From Camelus dromedarius (lineage: Eukaryota), in contig NC_087447.1 of assembly GCF_036321535.1 (NCBI RefSeq), forward strand, positions 43,774,001-43,838,000: DNA of 64,000 bases, written 5' to 3'. The notes beneath the pieces are model-generated. The model worked only from the letters and a program-made list of their open reading frames with translations, did not search any database and was not told the origin of the DNA. Position numbers and translations under genes: made by a program. This document shows, one piece after another, positions 26,691-38,273 of this stretch (the stretch's first letter is position 1; every line of letters begins with the position of its first letter).

Positions 26691-27869
26691 GTTAGAGAGC
26701 AATATAAGAGAATTCAGTTGTGAGTATGGGGGTTGTTCGTGTGTAAACATGAGGAACTTAGGTGAACTAAAACAGCCTCTTCCTTTCTTAAGTTCTTTCA
26801 TTTCCCTCTCACCCCCTGTATTAATTCTCATTAATTTACTACTCCTATTTTTTCAAAAGTTTGGATTATGTGGAAAGGAAGGAGGTGGGAGTGAAGCACT
26901 AGGAAGGGGTCTGTGGAATCTCACAGGGACACACTGTTATTTCAGGGTGTAATAAAAATAGAAGAGCCATATCCTAGAAGGGATTTAAACGAGACATTAA
27001 GAATATTCTGACTGAGAATTTTGGGGTGTGAGGTTATTGAAGCAAGTTGATATTTTTCCAGCAGTTAATGAGATATTTGGGGGGTCATTTCAAAACCTTT
27101 AGAGACTTGTGTGAGAATATGGGGAGTCAGGAGAGAACCCCCAAGAAGTCCCCATAAAGGTGACAAAAGATGACAGTCATCTGTAAACGCTTGTGATATC
27201 TCCAACCATTGTCAATTACACCTTTATTACCTTCTGAGCCCACATTCCCTCTGCTGCGTCACCAACCTCTCCACTTATCAGTAACACCACAGTTTGGCAG
27301 GAGTGAGAAGCTCCCAAGATGCTCCCTTGACCCCACTCACCTCTTCCTACCTCCCCTTTCACTCCTGACCTGAGTCCACTCAGAGCACAGACTTCTCAGT
27401 TCTGGGCATTCTCCCCACACTCTCCCAGCTTCACTAGGAATGCCTTTTGGCCAGAATCCTCCCCAGTGCCTGGCAGCAGTGCTGTTCCCTGCCTGTAGCC
27501 AAGAGCCTGGCCCTGTCTCCCCACAGGTCCCAGGGAGGACAGCTGCCTGCCCAGCGTCACTTGTGGACCGTCACAGCCTCACTCTGCTTTTTGGAAAAAA
27601 AAAAGCCATATGCACCAGAGTCCCTGGAACGCTCAACTCCTCTTACTGTGATTATTCTGGCTTGGCTTTTGAAACCCACCTGGCAATTTTCCATGAACTG
27701 ACTTTCCTTGGAGACCAGGGTCCGTCCCTAACTGGTACAAGTTCAAATGCTGGACGTGGCAGGTGTGGCGTCTCTATTCCTACAGCACCTGGTAACTTCA
27801 TTTCTGCCCAAAGTTTCTGAAGTCTTGCCGATGTTTGCGCAGCTCAGGGAGGTTTGGGAGTAGAGGGTG

Positions 27870-28030
27870 GACAGCTGTGGGGAGGGGACTGATTGGGCGC
27901 CACGGATAGGCTGAGATGAGATGAGTGATTTCAGGTGGAGTGACAGAGGCACAGGTGCAACAAAGAAGGCGTGCTGGCCGGGAGATGACGTCACGTTGCC
28001 TGACGGTCACCCGGCCAGGGCTCCCTCCTG
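27870..28030. promoter_or_regulatory. Promoter/enhancer-like motif cluster (G-box, reverse CCAAT, full CRE)
   Basis: ggggagggg at ~27879, gATTGG at 27891-27896, palindromic TGACGTCA at 27986-27993, and locally retained CpGs. Confidence 0.45.
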
Positions 28031-28321
28031 AGTAGACCCCAGGGCCAGGGCTGTCAGTGTGTGCGGGAAAGCTGGATCTCACCCAGGCTCTGTGCCTTCC
28101 CCCACATAGGACCTATTCTTGGTCTCTCTCTGCTGCGCAGGTTCCCAAGTAAGTGAGGCCTCTGGGGCCCTGTGAACGTCTAACCCACTGGGAACAAGCC
28201 CTAGGACTTAAAGCTGAGGGGTTACCTGCTGTCCCTAGAGTGCCTGCTTGAGTGGTACCAGTTCAGTGCTCCTGGCCCAAATACAAAATCACTGTTGTGC
28301 AAAATAGTTGTTTGAGCCTTT

Positions 28322-28338
28322 CGCCACTAGAGGGCAGA
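28322..28338 (+). promoter_or_regulatory. CTCF motif candidate
   Basis: cgCCACTAGAGGGCAGa is a near-consensus CTCF core in the SYT9-OLFML1 intergenic region. Confidence 0.65.
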
Positions 28339-31300
28339 GTCCTTTCTGACTCTGGCTGGGGTCCTAATCCTTAACCTTTTTCCGTGTGAAGGGGAAGGAA
28401 CTCCATCTACAAAAAGTGTCCACACACCTTCCCACTTTTCTCCCTCCTGCCCCAATAAACTGATTTTCTCAACCAGACTGACGAAGTGGAGAGAATGGAC
28501 TGAGTGGTTTTATTCTAAAAAGCGTTCCTGCAGTCAATAGGGTACCAGGCCCAAGAAATCCACGTCTCAAACCAGGGCGCCCAAGGGCCTGGTCGGTGGG
28601 CTGCGCTGGCTTGTGTGAGCTAGAGGTTTGGAGAAGGAAGACACATGCTCCAGACACCTGTGTTTGGATGAAATCAGAGCGCAGGGCTGAGCTGTGGGCA
28701 AATTCATGAGCTTCCTGGGATAAAGATTGCTATCAGAGCCAGAGGCAAGGGATTATAGGCTGTCGCTGAAAGAAGTAAACCAGGGAGGGAGCCTGCTCAG
28801 CCTCCTCCTTTCCTGCCCTTGACTGTGAACCAAGCACAGACTGTCTTTCCCTCTTTTCTTCATCTAACACCTACTTCATCCAGAAGCCTGTCTTGCAGGG
28901 AGCTCTCTCTGCCGCTGCCCTCTTCCCTCCCTCCCGCTAAGCTGCAGGACTAGGATGAGCCCTTTGGGGGATATACTGAGTCTGTACTGGTATTTAATTC
29001 AAAATGGAATGTCCTCTGCTTCAAGGGAGCCAGTTCTGCTTTTATGACGCACATGAGACATCCCTGATCATGAAAAGTTTTCAGGAAATTCTCAAAATCA
29101 AATTCCTTTCAGATCAGTTGTTTGAAAACCCATGGTAAAAGGAGTGCAGAAATGATGAAAGGGGTAGAGAAAAAGACGATGTCCTCTGGGAATCATAAAA
29201 AACCCTCCTCCCCTTGGACTTCTCCTTGGCAATGGGAGTCTGGGACTGCAGGGGCCCCATCCCGGCCACAATTGTCCCAGTGATGGGCACAGGCAGTTCC
29301 TCTGACTCAGACACACACAGACACCAGAGGTGGGAGAGCACAGAGCGCACGGGCCAGAACAGCTGGGAGCCACAGGGGTGGTGGCCCCAGCTTCAGAGGC
29401 AAGAGCGGGGTCCCAGGCCTCAGCCCCTTGGCTCTCTCCATGGGAACCTGCTGCATCTTGTCTTTGCTCGGTGGTCCTCAGGCTGGCGATCTAGTTAAAA
29501 ATACTACATGCGAAAGGCAACCTTCCACCAGAAATGGAAGCCCTGACAAACCCTACATATGATGCTATAGTCTCTGACTTGATTCTTCCTTGAACTTAAC
29601 CTCTCATGGCCCTGGAGAGGTGGAGTCACCCCTGGGGACACCTTTCCCGGCTGCAGACCGGGTTATGGATGTAGAATCTTGCATAAAATGAGAGGGGAGA
29701 GCTGCCATGACCGGGGGTCACAGGAAGACCCAGAGAGCTCCCAGAAGACGCAGAGATGCACAAGCTCAGGGCTTCCGGCTCAGAATGGGGCCCTGCTCTC
29801 CTCAGTCGCTTCCCTCTGCCTGCAAGGGACATGAAGCCCTGCACCAGCCTCTTCTGAGCTGCTCCAGTATGATAACTTCTGTGCTTGTGTGTGTCTGTGT
29901 ACAGTGGCCTGAGGATACCAAGCACCATGAAGTAACAATCAGCGGGAGGCTGGGGCAAGGCAGGAAGTTGAAGGCAGAGGCTTCCCGGGACCATATTTCT
30001 GTTGTGAGCTGGAGCCCTTTCGGGACTGCCTCTTTGGGGAAGTCCTCTGAAGCCCAGAAGAGTGGGAGCCAAGTACAGCCACGTGTGCACTGCTATACTC
30101 AGTCGGGTATGTCTGCCATCTGGTTGCACCAGGGACTGCCAGGAGTCTGGGCAGGGACCCCTGAGTGCTGGAAGAAGAACAGGGAGATGAAGGCTGGAGG
30201 GTACAAGGTTGGTCAGTGGCAGAGCAGACCCTCAGCCCCACTGCAGGCAGGACTGTCTCCAACCAGTGCTCTGCTTGCTGCACTGGTCTGTGTTCCTTCT
30301 GCATCTTCTAGGACCAGCTGGTCTCTGGTCCCGCTTCTCGAACGAGGCAAAGGTTTTATGATTAGAACCCAAAGCAATGAGATCACACACTAGAATAGTT
30401 TGATGTGGTGGGTAAAAGCTTGGTTAATCTCCCTTCCCAGTCCTTAACCCCTGTATAATTACAGCTTCAAGCTTGAAATCTGCCTTTTCCAAACTAGTGA
30501 TTTTACCTTGTCTTCTGGAGTCAAAGGTCATGCGTTCTTCCCTCATTTCCATAAATGCCTTTCTCCACAAGGACCTGATTTCTGTAGGGAAGCATCAGAA
30601 GACTTGAAGACTGTCCTGGGGTTTCCTGAGTCTGCTCTTCTCGTCCAAGCCAGAAAGGGCCCCCCGATGGGTAGTGGATCCCAGTGAGGCTTCACGCATA
30701 GGAACATGCGTGAAGGTACCTGCCAACAGCTACCTTTATTTGGGCTGGGGAAATTGACATACGGGCACTATTCCATCGCATGTCAATAGTTGGTCTACCA
30801 GAGAGCATAAGTGTTTGAATAACTTACTAAACTTTTCTGGTTTTATGGGACTCTTAAAGTCACAGACATTCCCCTTGGAGTTCCTTTGAGTCCATTGTTT
30901 ATGTTTTTTGAAATTCCATCTTTATTTTCCCTAAAAATTCAAGATCAACAAACTCTGAAACAGAAAAAAATTGAGAATACTGTGTTTGGGCTGGCTTTAG
31001 ACGTCTTCCCGCACTCCCCTGCCCGCACACAGTGGTTGTCCTGGTTCTTACTCTGGTGACATGGATTCATTCTCCCTTGCTTTGAATTTTTGGGGACAAA
31101 AAGAACCACTTTTCAGAGTGGGAAGAATCAAAACCAAGTGGCAGTGGCTGCCACATTGGCATTCTCTTGACCCAGAAGTGCCAGAGGGTTTGCCAGAGTT
31201 GCTAAGTGGACTGCCACGGGGAGGACCACGTCTCATCAGGTCTAGGGGTCACTGTGAGAGGGTCAGCAGGTATTAACCTCACTAGTTAGGGCCGGGATCT

Positions 31301-34300
31301 GGCAGGGAGCTGCAGGTGAATTTCAAGTGTGGAAAACACTGAAAAGCAACATTTAAATGTCCTCTTGTTAATTTTACTCAAATACAATTTTTTTTTCAAA
31401 ACCTCTTATTGCTGTTCAAGATAGTGTGACACTTAACTTTGCAGAGAACAAAACAAAATTGATACATATTTTAGAAAAATATTTACTTTAGTTGAAATAC
31501 TTTCAACCCCAGGAGTCCTAGTTTGGAAAATAGCATTTGGTGTTCTTTCATTTTTTATGGTAGGGGAGACACCTTATTTCTCTCCAGGGGGCTTTGCCCA
31601 GGACTCTGGGGGCGTCTTATTCTCCATAGAACATTTATATATTCACTCTTTCCAAGTAGAAAACAAAATTTTAAAATACTGACCATAATGTTGGGACATA
31701 ATGCAAATTTGCTGTTTGTCTAAGAAAGTCTGTGAGCCTTTCTGGATCCAATTTTAGACTTAAGCAATCTTCACTGATTACAAAACTCCTTGAGGGAAAA
31801 TAAATACTTTAAAAAAATCATTACTTTTCTGAGATGAAGGTAAAATTTGTTTCTGGAAGATTTATTTACCAGTTTAGATAGTCCATAAGCTCATCTCTGA
31901 GGTCCTGAATGCAAATATCTTCAGGTATTTGAAGAAATGATTTTATTATTACTCGAAAGCTTTGAGTTTGGTGAATTTGAGAAAGTCTTTCTTTGAAATT
32001 TCAAATCTAGCTACTGTTGCCATGCAAGAAGTTTATGTTTATCTGAATTGTGAAAAAGTCAGTGTCTTGGAGACAATGTTTACTTGAAAAGAAAAGCCAT
32101 CCCTATTACTATGTCAAATACTGGTCTGGAAATAGCTTTAATACAATGGATAATTAATTGGAATAATAACTACAATAAATTTAGTATGGAGCAAAGAAGT
32201 TACTTTTTTTTTTTTTAAAACTACCTTACTGTTTGGAATCACAAGTTGAATTTTCAAAAAATAAAAAGAAGGGATAAAAATGATACCATGCATTGTAAAC
32301 TGTAAGATGTGGTGTTATCATCAATAATCTTTATATTGATAAATATACTTTTTAAAAACTGTCTGGCAATGCCCACCCAGCCTTCACAGAGAAAGCTACC
32401 TTATGGTGGAGTCTGGGGAGGCAGTAGCAATGAGTTCAGGTCCCTCTGGCCTGTTCTCCTCTTACCTACCAGGAGATGGTCCATGAGGGTCATCAGCTGC
32501 CTGTGGATGAGAGGGGGGACACTGATGCCACTGAGACTTAGCCAAAGCATTGGACTTCCGGGCGGCTCTTGATCCTGAGGTCATCTTCAATCTTGATCCT
32601 TAGTCCTCCCCATGCCCAGAGCACCGGGACACAGTGAAAAGACACCAGGGAGCGAGGGGACAGAAGCGATTATCCTGCTGGTTTACTTTTGTAGCCCCTT
32701 TGCCCCAGGAGTCTAGCAAATGACAAGTAAGCCTTCCGAGTGGAAGAAGGAAGAAGTGTGTTCTGCCACTGTCCTTAGAGAGCTGTGACCTGTTCTCCTG
32801 GGAGACTGCGCCTCTGACATCAGCAGCACTGGACGCAGGTCCCTGGCACTGATCAGAGCTTCTCTGCCTTACACGTGGGCTTCGAAGTGAGGGCCAGGGC
32901 TCATCTTCTGCAGCTCCCACAACAGCCAATCCTCTCTTTCCCCTATTTTCCTTGCAGTTGTCCTACAGGTCTTCTCTGGGATATTTCCTCAACTGGTGGG
33001 GCAATTTTTTTCTGATGATTATCTTTTCCTGAGCTTTACTATTTTACTTCTTCCACGAAGGTCAGCCTATTTGCCCTGAAGTTGGAGGAAGGCAGAACAG
33101 CATATGCTACAATGGAAGGGCCCCGCTCATATGCATCTCTTCTTTGGAAAGGGCATCTCAGACACACACTAGAATTCTCTGGACCCTGTCTGTGACTTAC
33201 CTCTGACTTAGAAGTTAAGGTGCCAGGCAGCACCTCTGGCAGGGATCACGGGGTCTGCAGTTAGGGCGGTGCCCACGGGTGATTGTTAAAGGATATTGAG
33301 GGGTTATCACCTCTCTTTGGCTCTGAGAAAGGACTGGAGGGGAAAGAGTCAGAAGGTCCCATCACTGAGAAAACCTGAGTCTCAGAGAGGGCTCACTGGC
33401 CACTCTTTGCCTCTGGTTGTGCTCCGAGCAGCATGGAAATCCTATGAGAGAGAGACATTCTTCACAGGGATCTAGAATGTGACAGTAAAGCAACAGGTGA
33501 GGCCGTCCTCTCTGGCCTGAGTGCGCGTGACCGTTCTGGGGCGCTCCCAGGCTGGACGCTCTCCGTGGCCATTGGGGAAGGGGGTAGCCATGGGCAGCGG
33601 AATGGTCTGCAGAACTGAGGCTCCACACCCAGGCTGCGGACACTGTTTTTGGTCACAGGCACAGCCATGTTGATGTCCTTTTCTCAGTTCATGACATCAC
33701 CTTCTATAAATTTGCTTTGAAAGTTCTAGCGAGGGGGCTGAGCTAGGAGGCCAGGGTGGAGGGAAGGGTAGCAGAGCGACCCTGACTATGCCACACGGCA
33801 GGGGAACGACTGCAGCGAGAGGGAGGGGCGGACTGGAGAAGGCACCATGGCAACACTAGCCACATGGGGACCTCACGCGGGGACAACCGGCAGAGTTTCG
33901 CTCATTCAGACTAGACGTGATAAAATCCCTCGCTTAACTAGCAGCAATAATTCTGAAGTGCAGTCTTCAGAAGGACAAACAACTTCTACTTACATACTTA
34001 GCATTTTCCTAAGTATGTTCCCAAGCATGGGGGTGTCTTGTCTGCACCTTTACTCTGAGGAGGGAACAAAGGATTCAGCTGAAGCTTTTGAGCAGTCAGT
34101 AGAAAGACAATAATCAGGTTTTTCCTCCAGGGTTTCTGGTGACATCCTAAGCTCTGCAGCAATCGCAGCGATTTGCCTTTCTTTAGCTTAGCTCTGTCCA
34201 CGGGTAGCCCCTCCCCGCCTCCTCTGGCCCTCCTACCTCCCCACTCCACCCTCCTGCGTGTTAAGTAGTGCATGTGCTTTTAAAGTGACAGCTATCCCGG

Positions 34301-34374
34301 AAGCCCGCAGATTCAGTGACACCTCCCCCTCCACTCCCATCCCTACTATCCCCAAAGCCGCCCCCTGAGCCACA

Positions 34375-35085
34375 CCTTCTGGTATTCCATTCTTGTGTAA
34401 TCCTTTCCCCTTGAATCTAGGCTGCCCCTGTGACTTGCTCTTGACCAAGAGTCTATGGTGGGAATGACCCTGTGTTACTTCTGAGGTTATTGAGAATAAC
34501 CTTGTAGAAACTACTGGGACCTCTTGCAATGCTAGCCTGGGGGGAAGCCAGCAGTTATGCAAGTCTGACAACCTCCAGACCTCCACGTTGTGAGGAAGCT
34601 CAAGCTAACCACATGGAGAGACTATGTGGAGATGTCCAGTCAGCCTCCAGTGGAGCCAGACATGTGAGCAAAGCCCATCAAGGATGTCCTGCCCGGCCAG
34701 GCAGTCAGATGATACCAGCCTCCGCTCCCATCTGATAGCAGCCATGAGACTCCAAGAGGGCGGGGGTACAGCTCAGTGGTAGAGCTTATGCTTGGTGTGC
34801 ATGAGGTCCTGGGTTCAATCCCCAGTGTCTCCGTTAAGGGGGGGAAAAAAGAGAAGGAATTGGGCTTAAAAAACAAACAAACAAAACAAAACAAAAACAA
34901 AACAAAACAAAACAATCCCAGCAGATAGGAAAGTCCTAAGTCTTTAGGGGGGAAAAAACCAGAGAGACTCTAAGAGACCAATCACCTAAGCTCCTCCAAT
35001 TGCCATAATCATGAGAAATAACAGCTTTCATTTCAAGCCATTAAGCTTTGTAGAGTTTTGTTACGCAGCAATAGGTAATTGGAGC
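34375..35085 (+). mobile_element. MaLR LTR (MLT1F/G-like) interrupted by a SINE
   Basis: gtgtaatcctttccccttgaatctaggctg...tgtgacttgctcttgaccaa...aagccattaagctttg...ttgttacgcagcaataggtaa. Confidence 0.8.
34758..34914 (+). mobile_element. Vic-1-like SINE
   Basis: gggtacagctcagtggtagagcttatgcttggtgtgcatgaggtcctgggttcaatccccagtgtctcc plus (AAAAC)n tail. Confidence 0.92.
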
Positions 35086-35569
35086 ACCCACCACTGTATG
35101 ACAGGATGGCCATGAAGGTCACAAGACATTTTCCATACCTGTTTTCTGTCGGCCTCGTTGGCTTAAGCATGAGAGTATGACTTTCTTCTCTTCACATGAA
35201 ACAGTTCTAATGATGGCTGTGAGGACTAAATTCCATATAGAGTCATGCTTGTTGGAACATTTTGAAAATCACTCCTTCCCCTTCCCTCCCCTATTCCTCC
35301 TCTGGTCATCACATTGCCTGTTGTTCCTTCCTGGACATCACATAACCTGCTGAATGTGCCCAGTTCACTGGCTAGGAAGATGCTTTTTGCAGTAACACAC
35401 ATCCAAGGCAGATCTCCCTGAAGACAAAGGCTGCAACAGGAAGGGGCTGAGAATCAGTGCCAGGTGAGTGAGGGAGGCACCCGGTTTCTCCCCACCTCTT
35501 GGACCCAGCTTTCTCCAAGGTCTCTTTCTAAGATGCAACAAGGGTGTACCCCTTTCCACTGCCATTTCC

Positions 35570-37925
35570 ATTTTTCCAAGGTACTTTAATTTCCTTCTCT
35601 ATCCTGGAAAAGATATTGCAGAATCCCCTTCCCCACCCCACCCCAGTCCAATGAAACAAGGTTGGAATTTTTCAAAAGGAACATTTACTAGGAAACTAAA
35701 GGGAAACCAAACAGAATGCAAGAGAACAGAGGCAGAGCTGTAGAAGGGCTCAGGGAGTTCAAATTTCTTATCAGCCTCTGGCCACAGCTTTGCTAGGCAA
35801 TTTTCCAGACACAAGCCACCTGCCTGCCTCTTTGCCTCCTGGCCCCTACAAAGCCACCTTCCATTTCATACCCACAGGCCCGCAGCATGCTCATTAGTAC
35901 CCCAGGGCTGCTAGCTCTCTAGGCAGGAAGATCCTGGGGTGGGGAAGGACAGGCGCAGCTGCCCCTGAGCTCCTGCCCAGGCTCCCAATGCAAGGATAAG
36001 TCGAAGTTTATTGGGATGGCTGCCTGATTATCTACTGGGGCCAGTCTGGTTTCTCTGGGACCATCCTTCTGGGTTCATCTGCCTGGATCTAGAGAGAGCA
36101 TTTCTGCTGACCATCCTGCTGGCACTAGGCCTTCATGCTTTGGTTCTAAACACTGGTATGGAGGAAGATGTCTGAATGGGGAGGAACAGGCAGAGGGGAA
36201 CCTTGGGCAAAGAAAGTTGAATTCTTCTCATGTCAACAGACATAGGCAGAAACTTGGGTTCCCTTTGGACCCTGGAAGTTGAGAGTCAATCAGAGATGGG
36301 AATGGATTAGGCAGGCAGGGGATCAAGTGAAGCTGGAATGCAGTAACATGGCTTTGCCCAACCAAAGGCCTCCATCCTCTTTAGGTCTGACATCAGAGTA
36401 GTTTCCTGCACCAGGCAGCTGTGGCAACAAGGACTTTCTGAAGACATGTGATGACTCTCCTTCCACCTGGTTACTCTCACATGGAAATGTTAATTCAAAT
36501 GAAGATAATGAGCTTCCCAGGAAGGTATACTACAGTCCAACTCTGGATTCTGCTGCAAAGGGACTGTGTGAAAGGCAAATGGTATCTTGGAGAAGTGGTG
36601 CCAATGTACGGACGGGGTACCTTATACCCATAACGGGAGACAGAGGACCACTGGGTAACAACCCCCACCCCCAGCGCATGCTGAGGCCTTTGGTTTCATT
36701 TGTAGGGAGGCAGAAGCAATGAGGATGGGGAACACAGCTGGCAGTGGGTTGGCTGATGTGGTCACAAAGGAAGCTGAGTAATGAATGAGATACCCAGGGA
36801 GAGCCCTTGACCTTCACTCTTGTAGGTATTTCCATTCCCCAAGTGCTGTGAAAGTGATGTATGTGTCTGGAAGTGAGAGGAAACCTGTCTGTGGCTGCCG
36901 AGGCTACACCTCTGGGCAGTTGCATATGGAAATACCCCAGAAGGCACTCAGGCCGATGAGGCCCCAGAGGTGTGCCTTCAGTCAGGGGCCAGCTGTGTCA
37001 TCTCTCCATGAGCTCAGCTCACCCAATGGTACATCTGTATCTGAGGCTGTTCCCTCAGTGGACAAATGCACCTGGGAAAGGGTATTCCACCATCCAGATG
37101 TCCGCCTCTCTAACAGTTAGGGCTGACGATGAACTTTCATCCCGATTGCCAACACCAGTTGAAAGGAAGAGGCTGGTGGCTATCTCAAAAACAGTGCTGG
37201 GGATTCTGACTCCTCAGAATCTGGGTTTAGTGGAAGAGAGGGCCACGATCAACTGGTACTCACTGCCGTGGATGTGGGAGTGGCAGTGAGCTTGTGGTGA
37301 ACTGGCCCTCCTTGCACTGAGCCCACGTTGTCTCCAGGGTAACAGCCTGCTTATTCTATGACTCTCCTGGGGCTATTCCCTGCAAAGCTAGAGTACTTCT
37401 TGGGTGAAATTATTTTCTGGAGACAAGGTATTATCTCAGTGGTAGTCCAGGGTGAATTAGATCTGCTGCCTATGTAGCACCTGGAGAGATTTTAAAATAT
37501 TCTGTCCTTCCAGGGCCTTCAAGCAAAATAACATCATGTCAGAGTGGCACTGCCAGGGCAGCGGCTGCGACCCCATCACCAAGGAAGGGCCTCATGTTAA
37601 TCACTAAGAGTTCTGGTACTCTCGGTGCTCTTGGCACTCTCACTGTATCAGCTGGTTTCTTCCATAGTCCAAGCTTGGGTCTTGGCCAGAAGAGACGTGC
37701 CTCCCCTACAGCATACCACCTTAGGCCACCTGAAGATGGCGGCTGGACCATCTTCACGTTCAGCAAACCCGATCTGGAAAGAGGGCCGGTTACTGCTGTG
37801 GTTACAGCTGAGCATTTGGTCACTGGAGTCGTCTGGATGTTGGTGGATGGGAAAAGTTACTGAAAGGTCTTTGTCAGATGGTTGTCCTACTGAGTCCTTG
37901 GCATAAGCAGTCCTCTCACCCAAAG
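35570..37925 (-). other. SYT9: SYT9 3'UTR with candidate poly(A) signals AATAAA (36007-36012) and ATTAAA (35585-35590)
   Basis: Stretch with no repeats I recognise downstream of the KR-stop exon, with minus-strand hexamers at the stated positions. The true 3' end is uncertain. Confidence 0.6.
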
Positions 37926-37934
37926 TCATCGTTT
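37926..37934 (-). CDS. SYT9: Synaptotagmin-9 terminal coding exon (Lys-Arg-stop)
   Basis: Strong acceptor ccttttgtttctttttcctacag|AAA CGA TGA. The recalled SYT9 C-terminus ends ...HWHSLVEKR, and SYT9 lies immediately upstream of OLFML1 in the same orientation in mammals. The call depends on synteny because the exon has only 9 coding nt. Confidence 0.8.
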   Translation of the reverse strand, partial: KR

Positions 37935-37981
37935 CTGTAGGAAAAAGAAACAAAAGGAATGTTTCGGTTTTCATTCATACA

Positions 37982-38273
37982 TTTTTTTTTAATTGAAATA
38001 TAGTCAGTTACAACATGTCAATTTCTGGTGTACAGCATAATGTTTCAGTCATACATATAGACACACATATATTTGTTTACATATTCTTTTTTATTATAGG
38101 TTACTACAAGATACTGAATATAGTTCCCTGTGTTATACAGAAGAAATCTTTTAAAATCTGTTTTTATATATAGTAGTTAATATTTGCAAATCTCGAACTC
38201 CCAATTTATCCCTTCTCACCCTCTTTCCTTCTGATAACCATAAGATTGTTTACTATGTCTGTGAGTCTGTTTC
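37982..38273 (-). mobile_element. L1 3' end just upstream of the SYT9 last-exon acceptor
   Basis: T-tract plus aattgaaatatagtcagttac...tatagttccctgtg...aaatctcgaactcccaatttatccc...gtctgtgagtctgtttc; flanked by the duplicated gttttcat(t/c)ca(t/c)acatttt. Confidence 0.9.

Noticed and set aside
29707..30393. 228-aa plus-strand ORF and overlapping 167/121-aa minus-strand ORFs
   Set aside because: No recognisable domain, non-ATG start, Ser/Gly/Pro/Gln-rich composition typical of chance ORFs in GC-rich DNA, and no exon structure.
37731..37756. 9-bp hairpin tgaagatgg/ccatcttca in the SYT9 3'UTR
   Set aside because: Too short for a pre-miRNA and expected by chance in 64 kb.
37887..37928. Stop-codon readthrough of SYT9 (TGA CTT, would add LWVRGLLMPRTQ)
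   Set aside because: Only the weak TGA-C context, not the TGA CTAG motif; no conservation evidence available.
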